64,000 nucleotides of DNA, taken from the NCBI GenBank assembly GCA_044231675.1, contig CM094669.1, positions 3,057,643 to 3,121,642 on the forward strand, read 5' to 3'. This stretch comes from Synchiropus picturatus. Taxonomy: Eukaryota. The translations under genes and the position numbers were made by a program. The notes beneath the pieces are model-generated. The model was not told the origin of the DNA. It made no database searches and worked only from the letters and a program-made list of their open reading frames with translations. Below are positions 22,300 through 36,095 of this stretch, one piece after another. Every line of letters begins with the position of its first letter. Position 1 is the stretch's first letter.

Positions 22300-22750
22300 C
22301 ACACCCGCGCGGTCGCTCGTAGGACTCGGGGCCGGTCGCACGGCTCGTCTCGTCCGTGAGATGTCGCTTCCCCTCCAGCGTGCTTCCAGCGCCGACAGTC
22401 GGCGATGGAACCGTAGTGGAGCGAGTAGAAGCGCACGAGGCTTTCCCCGCCCACATGTCTTGGCCAACACGCGTTCACGGTCGCTCCCGCGCAGCATCCG
22501 CCATTTTGTCTTGAGCTCACCGGCTGCTCGCCGACAGAGGGCGGCAGCGAGCGGCAGGGTGCAGAACTACAGCCAACTTTCTCCATCATTAGACGCCGAA
22601 CGCCAACGTGACTGGGACAGGCTGGTTGTGTATCGACCCGCCGCCGACAGGGGTTCTGTCTCGCTTCACACAACGCGCACCAGACTTTATTTTTTTTCTC
22701 GCTGAGGTAGAGGTTTTGCACAATCACCATTTTAAAAATCTCCTGAAGCT
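22300..22750 (-). promoter_or_regulatory. CpG-rich promoter/5' UTR of the unnamed ZNF gene. It may be bidirectional with stx1b.
   Basis: High CpG density immediately upstream of the ATG at 22256. Confidence 0.45.
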
Positions 22751-23149
22751 GGTTAATTAAGTTTGGTGTGACTAACGTCTCTCTTTGCGCCCCTGTTGGG
22801 GGTGGGGGAGCTGAGTCCGCATCGAACGGCATGCCGCAGGACACGGACACTCCCCCTGAACGTGCTTGCGCGTATACGTGGGGGTTTACGGTACTCTGAG
22901 GAGTCGGAACGTTTACGTCACACAACTGCCGACTCGGCCTTTTGTTGCAGGGAAACGTAGACGCGAATAGACTCGAGTGGAGCCGAATATAGCCGAAGGA
23001 GAAGAGGAACGCCAACTCGAAAATATATATATAACATAGCCTGCTTTCCGTGTCGAGATTCTACACACTTGCCCTGAGAAGTCTCGTGGCTGAACACTCA
23101 CGAACAAACGTCAAATATTGCCCTTATAGGATTCGCGCGTTTCAGAACA

Positions 23150-23880
23150 TTATTAAAAAAAGCTTATATTTCAGGTGGCGGGGCCTGTCACGTGTCAAAG
23201 AGGCGGGCCGAGCGCATACGTCACGTGTCAATCACACAACGTAAACCTCCACATCCATGACTCATTAGCCTCCATATTTTTACTTTAATTTCTCCCCAAC
23301 TGTCAGAGTCACGTGACGTGGTCATAATGGACTGTGTGACGTCCGCCTCTCCCCTCCAGCAGCGCACCTTTAAACCAGTTATACCTTGTATTTGATGGGG
23401 GGGGCGGCAGTCATGGAGGGGGAGGTGGTTACGACGCTTGCGCGATAACTCCACATCCCCTCTGCATCCCTCCCCCCTCCCCCCTTCTTTTTCTGCAGCA
23501 TCAGTACCACACTCCCCCTCCCCCGCCCCTCTCGCTCCCTCCCTCCCCCACTCTCTCTCGCCGTCGGTCGGTTCTCCTGCCGGGCTGCTGCTTTGCGCTG
23601 CGGGGCCACACTGACCGCAACAAGGAGGAAGAGGAGACTGCTGGGCCGCAGGAGCCGAACACAGCGACCCAAGAGAGCGCAGAACCTGCGGGTGGCTTCA
23701 ATCAGCCACGAGATCCAGGAGAATCAGAAGGCGGAGACTTCATCATCATCATCATCATCCTCCATCTCTGCCGCGGTGAGGAGGAACTGAAGCTGCGAGG
23801 AGCGGAGACCATTTGGACCGAGCTTCTCCCCCGGACCAGGACCCGAACTCAGTGTTTTAAAAGCTCAGCTCGGACACACC
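23150..23880 (+). promoter_or_regulatory. stx1b: stx1b promoter/5' UTR region. It holds three CACGTG E-boxes (two as cacgtgtcaa, one as tcacgtgacgtgg) overlapping TGACG CRE half-sites, followed by C-rich tracts.
   Basis: cacgtgtcaaagagg..., tacgtcacgtgtcaatcac, and tcacgtgacgtggtc were seen directly. The ATG is at 23881. Confidence 0.5.
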
Positions 23881-23910
23881 ATGAAGGACCGTACAGCGGA
23901 ACTGCGAAGC
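23881..23910 (+). CDS. stx1b: stx1b exon 1 (MKDRTAELRS).
   Basis: Canonical syntaxin-1 N-terminus (MKDRTQELR). Donor gtaagt at 23911. Confidence 0.9.
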
Positions 23911-25299
23911 GTAAGTGGATCTTCACCTCATCATGTCTTCCCCGTGCCCCCCCACCCCACCCCCTTCGCCTCTGGTCGCTCGGCCTTGCCGCTCCTCCGC
24001 CGCAGCGGCGGACCCTTCACGCTGTGCATACAGAGCGGGGCATCCGCCGCAGTCCTACAACACCGAGTAAAACGACGTTGTGACTGACGAGTAATTCATC
24101 GAGCGATTGTCAACGGCGGGTCTGCGGTTGGAGGTCACCATTCCCCGCTTCTGGTTTCGTGGCTTCGCACCGCTTGTTCGACAGTCAGAGCGCGTTTCTG
24201 TGAGCTTCGTCGCAGAGGCCCGAACCTCGACCAGAACCTGACCGCTCTCATCCGTGTGCGCGTGCTCGCTCTTGGTAATGGAGGAGGAGAGATGTGGGAG
24301 GAAGGATGGAGGAGGAAAGATGGAAGCGATGAGAGTCAGAGAAAGATATTTTCTCGAGGCCGCAGTACGCCGCCTCCCTTCAGGAGCTGCGGTGAAGCGG
24401 TGAGACGTGTGCGCGACCTGCCGTTTCTTCTTGTAGTGGAAGCCAGTGTGTTGGGGGAGTGGGGTGGGGAGGGGGTCATTTTAGCCTCACCCATTTTTAT
24501 GACCATTTGCCTCTGATGAGTAACCAGGTCCAGTGTGAGTGTAGCAATGTGGCTTCAGTTCAGCCCGGCCTCCTTCAGCTGGTCCAGCCCTTCAGATATG
24601 CTGGAGGATCGAAGGCAGATCAATAAATCGATGCCCAAGTGAGGGAGATATGTGTTTATTGCACCAAAAACGACTTCCAGGAAAATTCAGCCTCCGTCCA
24701 TGTTCATTCATACATCTCGCTTTTCATTTGTTCACTCAGCGCTCCATCGATTTATTCATTCATTCATCCTGATGGACTTCGGGGTCTTTGATCCGGACTG
24801 ATGGCATCTAGCTGTGGAGCCAGTGAACTCTGAGTCATGTGACTCGCCGGCCCAGCTGCAGACGCTTCTTCACCTGTGTTGCTCTCACACGATCATGTCC
24901 AAGGGAGCTGAAGTCTGAGTGTTGTTGCCAGCTGTGTCAGATGAGGGTGTGTTTGTGTGAGTGAAGGACGTGTGTGTGCGCAGGAGGTCACTCTCCTCTG
25001 CACACACAAACTGGGCTCCAGGTCTGGTCTGAGCCTTCAGTCACTCGTGTCGCAGATGTGGACGGTTCAATGGAGTGTTTAGGCTCTCAAGTGAGCACCA
25101 CACGACAGGCAGGTCAGCGACCAGCCCCAGCCCCAAAACACACACCTGTGTGGACCCTGAGCCGCCACACACGCTCCACCTGGGCTCCGCTTGCATGAAG
25201 TGAAACTGGACTCATCACTTCGCAAGAGAGACAGATGGGCTTTATGCACCGCCAGAGACCCTGGTGGATTGTGGGTAACACAGCTTGCTTTTGGCATAA

Positions 25300-26450
25300 C
25301 ACACACACACTTTCCAGCCAGGACTGGTTGTGGATCTGGCTGTTGGTCTTGTCTTAGGTTCTACTGCTGGTCCGCTTCTGCTGGAACTCACAGGTCCCGC
25401 TCTCTTGCTCTGCCCCCCACACTTTGCACTTCCTCACTCACTTCCTCCCTGACTTTCTTACTTCTTTCCTCAGTTCATCACAGATTTCCTCACTCCTCTC
25501 CTTCCCTCACCCCCGTCTGCACTTCTCACTCACCTACCATATAGCTTCCTAACTCGCATCCTGGATTCACATCTTGCTTCCTCTTCCTCTCTCCTTCCTC
25601 CTCCACATCATCCCTCACTTCCTCCATCACATCCTTCCTTCCTCCTTCCGTTCCTCCCTCACTTCCTTTCTTTACTTCATGCCTGACTTTCTCTCCTTTC
25701 CTCCGTCATTTCCATTCTCACATCTTCCCTCCCTTCCTCCCTTGCTTCCTCCTTCACACTTTCTCGAATTTCCATTCTCACATTTTCCTTCCCTTCCTCT
25801 CTCCCTTACTTTCTTATATCCTAATCCATCCTCCCTCATTTCCATTGTTCTCCCTCTCATCTTCCTTCCTCTTCCTCACTCCTCTCCTTCCCTCACCCCC
25901 GTCTGCACTTCTCACTCACCTACCATATAGCTTCCTAACTCGCATCCTGGATTCACATCTTGCTTCCTCTTCCTCTCTCCTTCCTCCTTCATATCATCCC
26001 TCACTTCCTCCGTTATGTCCTTCCTTCCTCCTTTCCTTCCTCCCTCACTTCCTTTCTTTACTTCATGCCCCACTTTCTCTCCTTTTCTCCCTCATTTCCA
26101 TTCTCATATCTTCCCTTAATACCTCCCTCACATCCTCCTTCCCTTCCTCCCTCACTTCCTTCCTCCTTCCCTCCCTCTCTCACTGCTTTCCTTGCTTCAC
26201 GTCTCACGTCATCACTCCCTTCCTAACTGAGATGGCATCGTAACAAAGCCACTGTGACACGACCCAACTCATTCTCTACTTCCTGTTGTCTCCTGACTCT
26301 CTGTCATCCTCCTCTTCACTTTCGTCTCAGGCCTCACCGCCCGACTCTTTTTGTGTTCCTATCATATCATAGCGCCTCATACTTCTCTGTGGTCCCTCCC
26401 TCCCTGACTCCTCTTCATCTCATCAGCTCATCGGTTCACATGATCTTCCT
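25300..26450. repeat. CT-rich low-complexity block in stx1b intron 1 with a ~385-bp unit tandemly duplicated (copies start near 25490 and 25875, with a third partial copy).
   Basis: Long identical strings recur, e.g. cactcctctccttccctcacccccgtctgcacttctcactcacctaccatatagcttcctaactcgcatcctggattcacatcttgc at ~25490 and ~25870. Confidence 0.85.
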
Positions 26451-26471
26451 TCATGGTAACAACCGAACTGA

Positions 26472-26761
<290 letters not shown>

Positions 26762-27239
26762 TAGCTGATGGCCTCCACCGTGGGAGGCGCTGCAGCTGTG
26801 CATGACCGTCAGCTCTGCTCTTCTTGTTTCGCCTCACCGACCCTTGTCCTCCTCTTCCTGCTTCACCTTCTTCTTCACCATCTGAACTTCTTCCTCTTTC
26901 CGCATGTCCACCTCTTCCTCCTTCTCTCCTTCCTCTCCTTCCATGTTGCATGCTGACGTTCTTCTGGTGTTAAACTGAAGTGACTGATGACACGTGAGTT
27001 TTTTTAAAATCTCTCTATGATTTCTACTTCTTCCTCTTCTGCTTTTGTTTCTTCTTGTTCATCCTTTTCTTATTTTTCTTCTTGCTCTTCATCCTGTGGT
27101 TGCATCGTGTGTGTGACACTATGCAGAGTCACCACTAGCTGGCGTCCTCTGTTGGCTGTCATTATAGGGATAAGATGAATGCTGCTTGTTTCAAAACAGC
27201 TGGCTATCGTCGGCATGACAACCAAGTTTTTGTTTTCAG

Positions 27240-27314
27240 AGACCAAACAGGAGTTGGAGGACCTGACGGCCGACATCAAGAAGACAGCCAATAAAGTCCG
27301 CTCCAAGTTAAAAG
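27240..27314 (+). CDS. stx1b: stx1b exon 4 ([24 protein letters not shown]).
   Basis: Identical to human STX1B. Donor gtgagg at 27315. Confidence 0.9.
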
Positions 27315-27318
27315 GTGA

Positions 27319-27474
<156 letters not shown>

Positions 27475-27539
27475 TGACTCTAGTCCCTCACTTTGGCTTG
27501 ATAGTGTCTTCGTCTCCCTAAATGTCTCTAGTCCTGGCG

Positions 27540-27880
27540 TGCCTCTCCAGTCCCCCAGTCACACTCTAGTCTTGCTATAGTCTCCTAGTACCTCTCCCAA
27601 GTCTCTTAGTGTCTCCCCCTAGTCTCCTGGTGTCTCCCTCTAGTCTCTTAGTGTCTCCCCCTAGTCTCTTATTGTCTCCCTCTGGTCTCCTAGTGTTTCT
27701 ACCTAGTCTCCTCGTGTCTCTCCCTAGTCTCCTGGTGTCTCACTCTAGTCTCCTAGTGTTTCTACCTAGTCTCTTATTGTCTCCCTCTAGTCTCCTAGTG
27801 CCTCTCCCATGTCTGTTAGTGTCTCCCCCCTAGTCTCCTGGTATCTTCTTCTAGTCTCCTAGTGCCTCCAAGTGCGTCTC
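27540..27880. repeat. Minisatellite with a ~20-21-bp unit (ctagtctcctagtgtctccc) in about 15 copies, in stx1b intron 5.
   Basis: Seen directly. It is contiguous and has no spacers, so it is not CRISPR-like. Confidence 0.9.
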
Positions 27881-27933
27881 TCTCATCCCTCCAACTGTCG
27901 ACATGTTTTGACCCAGACGCTCTTTCCCCTCAG

Positions 27934-28042
27934 CACTCAACTCTGTCCCGTAAGTTTGTGGAGGTGATGACCGAGTACAACACCACGCAGTCCAAGTACC
28001 GGGACAGATGCAAGGACCGGATCCAGAGACAGCTGGAGATCA
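27934..28042 (+). CDS. stx1b: stx1b exon 6 ([36 protein letters not shown]).
   Basis: Matches human STX1B. Donor gtgagg at 28043. Confidence 0.9.
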
Positions 28043-28096
28043 GTGAGGAACTCACACACACACACACACTCAAGCGCACACACAGTCACACACTGA

Positions 28097-28270
<174 letters not shown>

Positions 28271-28429
28271 TAACAGGGGGCGCTGACACATCCAGTGAAT
28301 ACGGCCGTTAGTCACATGGTCGTCCAATATGCTGTGCTCTTACTGTGAAGGAGCGCTCACTGTTATTTGCTCCTTCACAATAAAAGCACCCATGCTCTCT
28401 TTCGTACCTCTTCTCTTTCTCTTCCACTT

Positions 28430-28953
<524 letters not shown>

Positions 28954-29038
28954 GTGCGTGTCCTCGGAGCGTCTCCAGACTGCTCTTCTGTCTCCAGGTG
29001 GTGCTCAATCACAAACATGTTTCTCTGGTCCTCTGCAG

Positions 29039-29119
29039 AAGAAGATCATGATCATCATCTGCTGTGTCATCCTGGGCGTCGTGCTAGCATCGACCATTGG
29101 CGGAACGCTGGGCTTCTGA
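29039..29119 (+). CDS. stx1b: stx1b exon 10: transmembrane anchor ([26 protein letters not shown]).
   Basis: Matches the human STX1B C-terminal TM helix. Stop at 29117-29119. The ten exons together give 288 aa, the same as human STX1B. Confidence 0.9.
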   Translation, partial: KKIMIIICCVILGVVLASTIGGTLGF

Positions 29120-29399
29120 GAGGCTCCGCCCATCCGCCTTGACGCCGACGCGACCGACAGCCAGCAGATAAACACGACGACGATGACACAAAAAACTTGA
29201 AATCCAAATGCAAGACAGACAAAAATCCACCAGGCAGAAATAATCGATCCAGAGCCTCCGCGGGGTTGCCGAGGTCCCGAAACAAAAAACGTACGAAACA
29301 CGATCACAGTTGACAAAACGTGATGACATCAATAGTCTTAAACGATTCCCCACACTTCCACGTTGTTTTTGATTACTTTAAAGGTTTTATGTGTTGGGA

Positions 29400-29655
29400 C
29401 TCGTGAGCTCATCAGAGGGGCGGAGTTCAAGTAGGGCGATAATTCCGAAGGGACGTGACCCCAACCTGGCTAGAATATCTATTGGGCCCGGTGGAGGGGC
29501 GGACCAACATTCATTTCAGTCGGCCAATTCGATCGGGTAGACCAGCTCACACGGCCACGTCTGAGGACAGCGAAGAGACCTTTTCACGACGCCCCTTATC
29601 ATCACAACCGTGCAACCAAAGAGCAGGGGGAGGGGCCTCGCAGTCAGACAGGTGA
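29400..29655 (+). promoter_or_regulatory. Orphan promoter-like element. It has two CCAAT boxes (attgggcccgg on the reverse strand, cggccaattcg on the forward strand) and GC-rich sequence, ending in a cagacag|gtgagg splice donor at ~29652.
   Basis: Motifs seen directly. No recognisable coding exon follows within 29.7-34.6 kb. Confidence 0.3.
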
Positions 29656-31042
29656 GGCGAACTGTCAATCTATGCAGCTTAGATCAGAGGTCATCAAGCC
29701 CCACCCCTCATGCGAGACTACCGATGGTGTCGGTCGCCGTGGCGGAACGGTCGTAGATTATAGCCGTCGCCTAAATTTGGCAAATCCAACAAAGAATGAT
29801 GACATCATCACTTTTCAAACCGACCGTGAGCGTGACTTGTCATTCGGGCCAACGTCTTATCATGTTTGTGTGCGTCATATCATGCTAGCTCTCACATTAG
29901 CTACATCAACTCAGCACTTTGTTAGTTATGGAGAAGCGGCTGTTGGCTGGTGATTCGTCAGGAAACAATTGCTCATTTTTGACCGATGACCTCCAAGTCA
30001 CGTACAAGGCTTTGACACCGCACCCGTGCTAGCAGACGTTAGTAAACAGGTGATTTGTGAATTGAACCAGCAAGTTTCAATCAATACTTGAAATTGCAAA
30101 AGTGTTAGCATCACGGGGAACCGTCGGAAGCACAGAGCTTCGGTATGTTGGTGGCGAGGCGTGTTAGCGTTAAGCATCACATGAGAGAGAACATTGTTTG
30201 TTGGCTCGATGATACGGAGTTCAGTCGCCTCGGTTGAGAGCCACGCTAGCAACACCAGAGTTGTTAGCTGCAAACGAAGACTTTTGTCGTCACTTCAGCA
30301 ATAAAGTCTGTTTATTAAAATAGAGTTTGGCTAGCAGTAGGTAGTGTTAGCTAACAGATGGACAGTTGTGGCTTTTTCATGCCGCCGTGTAAATATAGGA
30401 AATCATCCTGGAAGTGTTTGTTGGATCAATGTGACTGACTTGAAAAGCAATGCTAATGCTAGTCACAAGCTAACACGCAGCTCTGAGGCATCCTGAAGTC
30501 GCGCTAATATCGCTGTTGCAATTGAGCCAGATTTCTCTGAACCGTCGTCGTTAGCGCTGTTAGCTGTTGATGTCACCTACAAAAGACATTCATGTCTTTC
30601 TCCATTTTTCCTGAGAACCAAAACAAGTGTTTGTTGGCCATACTCAGTCTCCTTACACTCCCCAATTTTTCGCAACACTTGTTTTCTACTGAGTTATAAT
30701 TAGCGCTTCACGTGTTCTTAGATTCTTGTACAAACTTATTGTCTTCTTGCCCGCGTGCTTGCGTCAGGACTTCCGTTCCCAGAGTGCTTCACCTTTTACA
30801 TGAATATTAAGATTGACGTGTGTAGGAAAAGTGTGTGTCGTCAGTTATGAAACTGTTCCGATCGTTCATCCGATCCTGCGCTGCCGCTCTGGCGGCGTAG
30901 CCCCAGCACCAGCCATTTTGTCCCCTAGTCACCATCAAACTATTGTGAATCATGTGACCAATGTGAGCCTAATGATTCGCTCCTGTCCTGATGTTGTCGT
31001 TTAGTTTGTGATGGTGAGCAGGCCCCGCCCCCTGTGGACTGT

Positions 31043-31068
31043 AATAATAATAATAATAATAATAACGG
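31043..31068. repeat. (TAA)n microsatellite.
   Basis: gtaataataataataataataataac. Confidence 0.9.
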
Positions 31069-34000
31069 CATGCAGAAGTTTGCATGAAGGTGTTTCGTCT
31101 GACCCCGCCCACATCCTGCACTTTACTGTCCACAAGTGTTAGCATGTTCGCTAACAAACTATTTTTTTAAGAAACCGTTTCCGGAGTAAATGAGGTTCCC
31201 CTTCCCCCAAACCCGCACCATCGACCTCTGACGCTCGCGCTAAGTTAGCCATCGCTAATATCCGTTATATTTAGCATCCATGGTTTGTTTGTGTTGTTAG
31301 TGTTGCTCCGCCCCTCGACACCTAATCCACCTGATAGTGCGAAGCATATGTTGACAGCTTTTTTTGTGCATCACCTTCCCGACATCCCGTTCAAGCCAAA
31401 GCGTTTTAGCCCCTCCCCTCCACTGTCTGCCGCTAAAACGACAAAAGAGCACAACACAGTTTCTGTTTACACTGATGTGGACCCCCCCCCCTTCCCCACT
31501 GCATGCTGGTCAATATCTGACTCCGCCTCTGCCCGACGGCCCCTCCCCCACTGACCAACGTTTCCAAATAAGTGGCATCCGATTCATTTTCCGCAGTCAT
31601 TCCAAAGGATGTCCTCACATGAAAACAACTCCAATTTCAGACAGACAAACACGAGGAGGCAGATGTGACGCTCACTAGCTGTGAGCTTTAAACCGACAAA
31701 GGTCATTTTGGTCCATAAAACATTGGAGAAAAACACTGACTGAGAGATGTTGCGTGCAACCGAGTGTCCCGCGCAGTTTGGGGCCGAAGTGAAATAAAAA
31801 ATAATTTTTCTTTTTTTGATAAAGTGGCAGCAACATCAGCAGAAGAGCGTCGGTCTTCCTCGTTTGTTCGTCCTGGTCTTCCGCACGATCCTCAAAAATA
31901 CCAAAACCTGTTCAGGTCCCTGCTGACAACCATTCCGACGCTACTCCGTGGACGCTTTTCTGTTCGAATCAGTATTTGGTTTACATCAGTGTTTTTGGGC
32001 TGTTGGGAGGAGTTAGGGGAGGGGCCGAGTGGTCTCAGCCAATCAGAGAGTCTGTATCATTATTGTTATTATTATTAGCATCAGCGGAAATGCAGTTACA
32101 AAATTTGCAGAAATTGCGATGGAGGACTGATGATCAGACGATAATAGCAATGATTTCATGACATAGTAATGGTTAATATCGATGCTCGCAATTTTGTCAA
32201 AACTGAAACTTTGTGTTTGTAATTATTGTAAATAACCCAGAGAAAAAAAATGACTTGCATGTCTACGTATAAATCTACTGAGATATCGGATCCCGTCAAA
32301 GTTTCCCCCGCAGGAACTGGTCCTCGTCAGACTCCTCCCGGCCTGGGCGAGACTCCGCCCCCACGGTTCCGTCCACAGAGAGAAAGAGAAACCTAGCTGC
32401 TCGCGTCTTTGTCCGTCATTATCCGACCAACGCTCAAGCGCCGAAACAAAAAGCCGCTCAGTTTGTTTTTATGTTTCGGAAGCTAGTGGAGTCAACGCCA
32501 CCAGCACGCTGCCGCCCATCACCTCCGTCCCAGAGGTGCCACCCACTGGTCCTCTGAAGAAAGTGCTTCCCTCCATCTTAGGATAACTGGCGTCACGCCA
32601 GGCCACGCCCACTATCTGTCAGTTTCTTCTCTCTCTGTCGGACTCAAACCATCTCATGCCTAGCTGCTAACGTGTTAGCACGACCCAAATTTCGGTCACA
32701 GATTGTGGGAAATCAAAGCACACGGGATCTGATCCTGGAGCGCGCTCCAACCCCTCACTTCCTGTGACATCATCACCTGTACAGTCCCCACTGACGGGCC
32801 GGCCCGGACTGCCTGGCTCCCCGTGCCGTCTGGACCTGGCCGAATTTTGGAAATAGGTCGTGAACTTCGCCGGAGTCTGACGAGGACGTCGTTCTGCCGA
32901 CGCGACTTTGACCGGAAATGCAACTTGTGTCCCGTTTCTTTTGTGTGTGTGTATGTGTGTGTGTAGCGTAATGTAAAAGCGATCTGTCCCCCCCCCTCGC
33001 CCCACACTCTTAAACAGCGCCCCCTCTCTGCCCCCCCTCGTACTGCTGTTGGCTGTTCTGTTTAGTTCATGTGACGTGCCAGTATTCCCCCCCGCCCCCC
33101 GGATCTTTAAGATGACAACTCTATGCAGATGCGTCTTTTATAAATGTGTCGAGATTTTATTTCAATAAAAACTTGGAAAAAAACAAACCCTGACAGACAT
33201 AACGAAATGATAAAAAATGAATAAAGAAGCGGATTGTTCAGTGTAAGACGACTCTGTTCTTCACATGCGTTGGGAGCAAAACTGCTGAGTCATGGTGCGT
33301 CTACGAGTGAAAGACGAGTCTGCAGTTTCACTGTCTGTTTTAAGAGACATTTCAGTGGGACGTTGGGGTCAAAGGTCATGGCTCACTGTCAGCACAAAAA
33401 CGCCTTCTGAGACGAAGCAGGACTGTACCACGAAGAAGCGGTGGAGGCGCTGAACAGGACTGTGAAGGCTCCAACAGTCGACACTCAAACCTGACCGACC
33501 CAGACGGAGCTCATCTGACCTGCACATGCCACTTGGACTCACAGGACAGCTACAGGTCGGAACCAAAATTCACTGGAGAAAAAAATGTTGCTGCGGATGC
33601 TAAGTCCAGGTCAATCCAGACACAAACCTGTCGCGGGCGGGCGGCAGGACAGGAATCAAAAGTCTGAGTGGAGCATCAGCCGTTTATTTTCAGGTTAAAT
33701 GATCAAGTTTAGAAACAAATTATCAAAACAGAGTTTATAAAAGTGAGCAGCGTTACAGGACGCAAACAAACTGTTGTTACACTTTTTTTCTCTAAAAGCT
33801 ACTTGAAATGCAGAGGGGGCGGAGTCAGAGCTCGACACGTTCTAGATCACATGACTGCTACGTGACATCACTGCACGCCGATAAAGTCGCTCGGATATGG
33901 ACAAAGTCACGAGAAGAACGTTAAATAAATAGAAGAGGTAACTAGAGGGGGACAGAGGGGTCGGGTGCGCCATCAGGGGGTCACGTGGGGGGGGGCGACA

Positions 34001-34671
34001 TCAACACACCTACACGTCGCCATGACGACAGTCTTTTCTAGGATGAGGATGATTGCTCTCTTACAAAACAGGAAGAGGATAGGATACAGACCAAACCATT
34101 TACATGTGATGACATCATCTGAGGAGTGGCAGATCACATGTACACACTCGGCAGTCAGTCTAGCTGCACCAGGAGGCCGGACACTGAGCCCCGGCTGTCT
34201 GGCAGGTGGAGGTCTGAAGTGGAACAACACGCTGGCGGAACTGTCATACATCATTTTACTGTCGACCCCGAGCATTTCCAATTTTCAGGAACACTGTGTA
34301 GTGCGAGTGTCTGTGAGAGTCACTAAGGTCCATCGGGTCTCGAGGGACGAGGTTTGAAATGTAAACTTTGAAAGAAGCTGCAGCCGAGTCTGTATGTGTG
34401 ACACACACTCACTGTGAAAGTTAAATAAAAGATTACAGACATGGCGAAGGCCACGACAGTACTGGTGTGAGTGAAGGCGACACAGCCATCATCAGGTCCC
34501 GCACAAGAACCTGGGTGTGGACCACTGCAGAAGCGCTGAGTTCATGTGGCTCTCAAAGTCTATGCTTGACTTTCGTAGCTTACTCCATGACCGGTTACGG
34601 TTCTATTGACTCAGGTTCATAGGTGAGCAGGGTAGTTTGGCCTCTGTCCTGCCCTGTTCCTGATGTTGCTC

Positions 34672-35539
34672 TCATACAAAAGGTCCGCCTGACATGCTAA
34701 GAAAGGTAGGTCCAGCCATGCTGAGTGCTGGGGGCCTGGCGGAGCCGCTCCAGTGCACCTTCATGTGGTGACGCAGGTTGGACCGCGAGGAGAAGCGCTT
34801 GTCGCACTGCGGGCAGGTGAAGGGCTTCTCTTTGGTATGGATGCGGCGATGGCAGATCAGCTGCGTGGAGACCCGGAAGGACTTCCCACATTCTGGACAC
34901 TGGTAGCGTTTCGGCTCTGTATGGATGCGACGGTGGTTCTTCAGGGACATCAGGTTGGGGAACTCCTTCTGACAGGTGCTGCAGAAGAACGTGCCGGTCT
35001 TGTGGCTGTTCTTGTGGTTGAGCAGGGAGCTGGCGTGGCGGTAGGTCCGGCCGCACTGGTCGCACACGTGGGACTTCACCACTGCCTCGCGCCCTCCTTT
35101 GACCAAATCTCCAGGCTGGAGTCCCTGCTCCTGCATCAAAGTGAGGTCCAAGCCTGAGCCCCAGCCCAGCTCGTGGGAGCTCCCTGACCGGGCCTGCAGG
35201 GCTCTGGGCTGCGGGGCCTCGCCGTGGCTGATTTCCATGTGAAGTCTGAAGCTCGCTTGTGTGGGAAACGAGCGCTGGCAGGAGCGGCACGTCAGCTCCC
35301 GCTGCTTCTGGTGCACCCGCCGATGGTTGTACAGCTGTGATGCCACACGGAAGGCCTTCCCGCAGTCGTGGCACCTGTGGCGCCGCGTCTCTGAGTGAAT
35401 CCGACGGTGGTTCTTGAGGGCGAGCAGGTTGGAGTAGGTCTTGAGGCACACGGCGCAGTGGTAGATGCCGACAGTGTGTGTGTTCTTGTGGTTGAGAAGG
35501 GAGCTGGCGTGGCGATAGGAGCGACCGCACTGGTCACAC
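34672..35539 (-). CDS. znf646: ZNF646-like gene, terminal coding exon: 6 C2H2 fingers of the C-x2-CGR(S/T)YRHASSLLNHK type. The RYT|CDQC finger is split by the intron.
   Basis: ORF 34672..35595. Acceptor ctctgcacag lies on the minus strand, and phase 2 matches the GTGAGT donor at 36095. Confidence 0.65.
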
Positions 35540-36095
35540 CTGTGCAGAGGCGACAGCAAGAGGGAAGCAACGTTAACACCTGAGGAGCAGACCACACCGG
35601 GATCAGATTCCGCTCGGTATCAGGACTTTTCATCTGGTACAGGTATATGATCTTGAATCCGGCTCAAGTTGAAGACATTTAAAACCAGCAGGGGGCGCAT
35701 CTCCTACTGACTGACACTGCACCCACCAGTCACATCCTCAACTGAGTTCAAGAGAGTTGAGGGTGTTATCCAGGTGTGCAGCGCAGCAGGTGACGGGTAC
35801 TGAACCCCCCCTGACCTGGACAAACAAGGGAGGAACAACAAACATGACACATCCTGTGCGTGCGTGCGTGTGTGTGAGTGTAATGCGGGCGGACGGGAAG
35901 CAAACAGGGAGGACTTATCTGATCTCGCCACTAATTCAATTTGTCCAAACTTCAGAAAAATCCGAATTCCGGCACGCGTATGGTCCCAAGGAAGCCGGAT
36001 TGGAGATCATATACCTGGAATAGACATGAGACTAAATTGATCTCCTCCAGTTTGACATTGTCCAAAAGAAGAAAAAAAAAAGGGAGTGGACTCAC

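Noticed and set aside
25191-26243. Several 100+-aa plus-strand ORFs (LPLPLSFLLHIIPHFL..., SLTPVCTSHSPTI).
   Set aside because: They are translations of the CT-rich tandem repeat in stx1b intron 1. They are repetitive, lack start context, and are not coding.
27540-27880. Regularly spaced ~20-bp direct repeats that superficially look like a CRISPR array.
   Set aside because: The units are contiguous with no unique spacers, degenerate, and located in an intron of a vertebrate gene. It is a minisatellite.
34697-35530. 277-aa minus-strand ORF (P/R/A-rich).
   Set aside because: It is an alternative frame of the znf646-like terminal exon. The zinc-finger frame (34672..35595) is the coding one.
36092-36095. 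Apparent stop codon ending the 321-aa ZNF ORF, and similarly at 37895-37897.
   Set aside because: The TGA is the GA of a GTGAGT splice donor. The reading frame continues after splicing.
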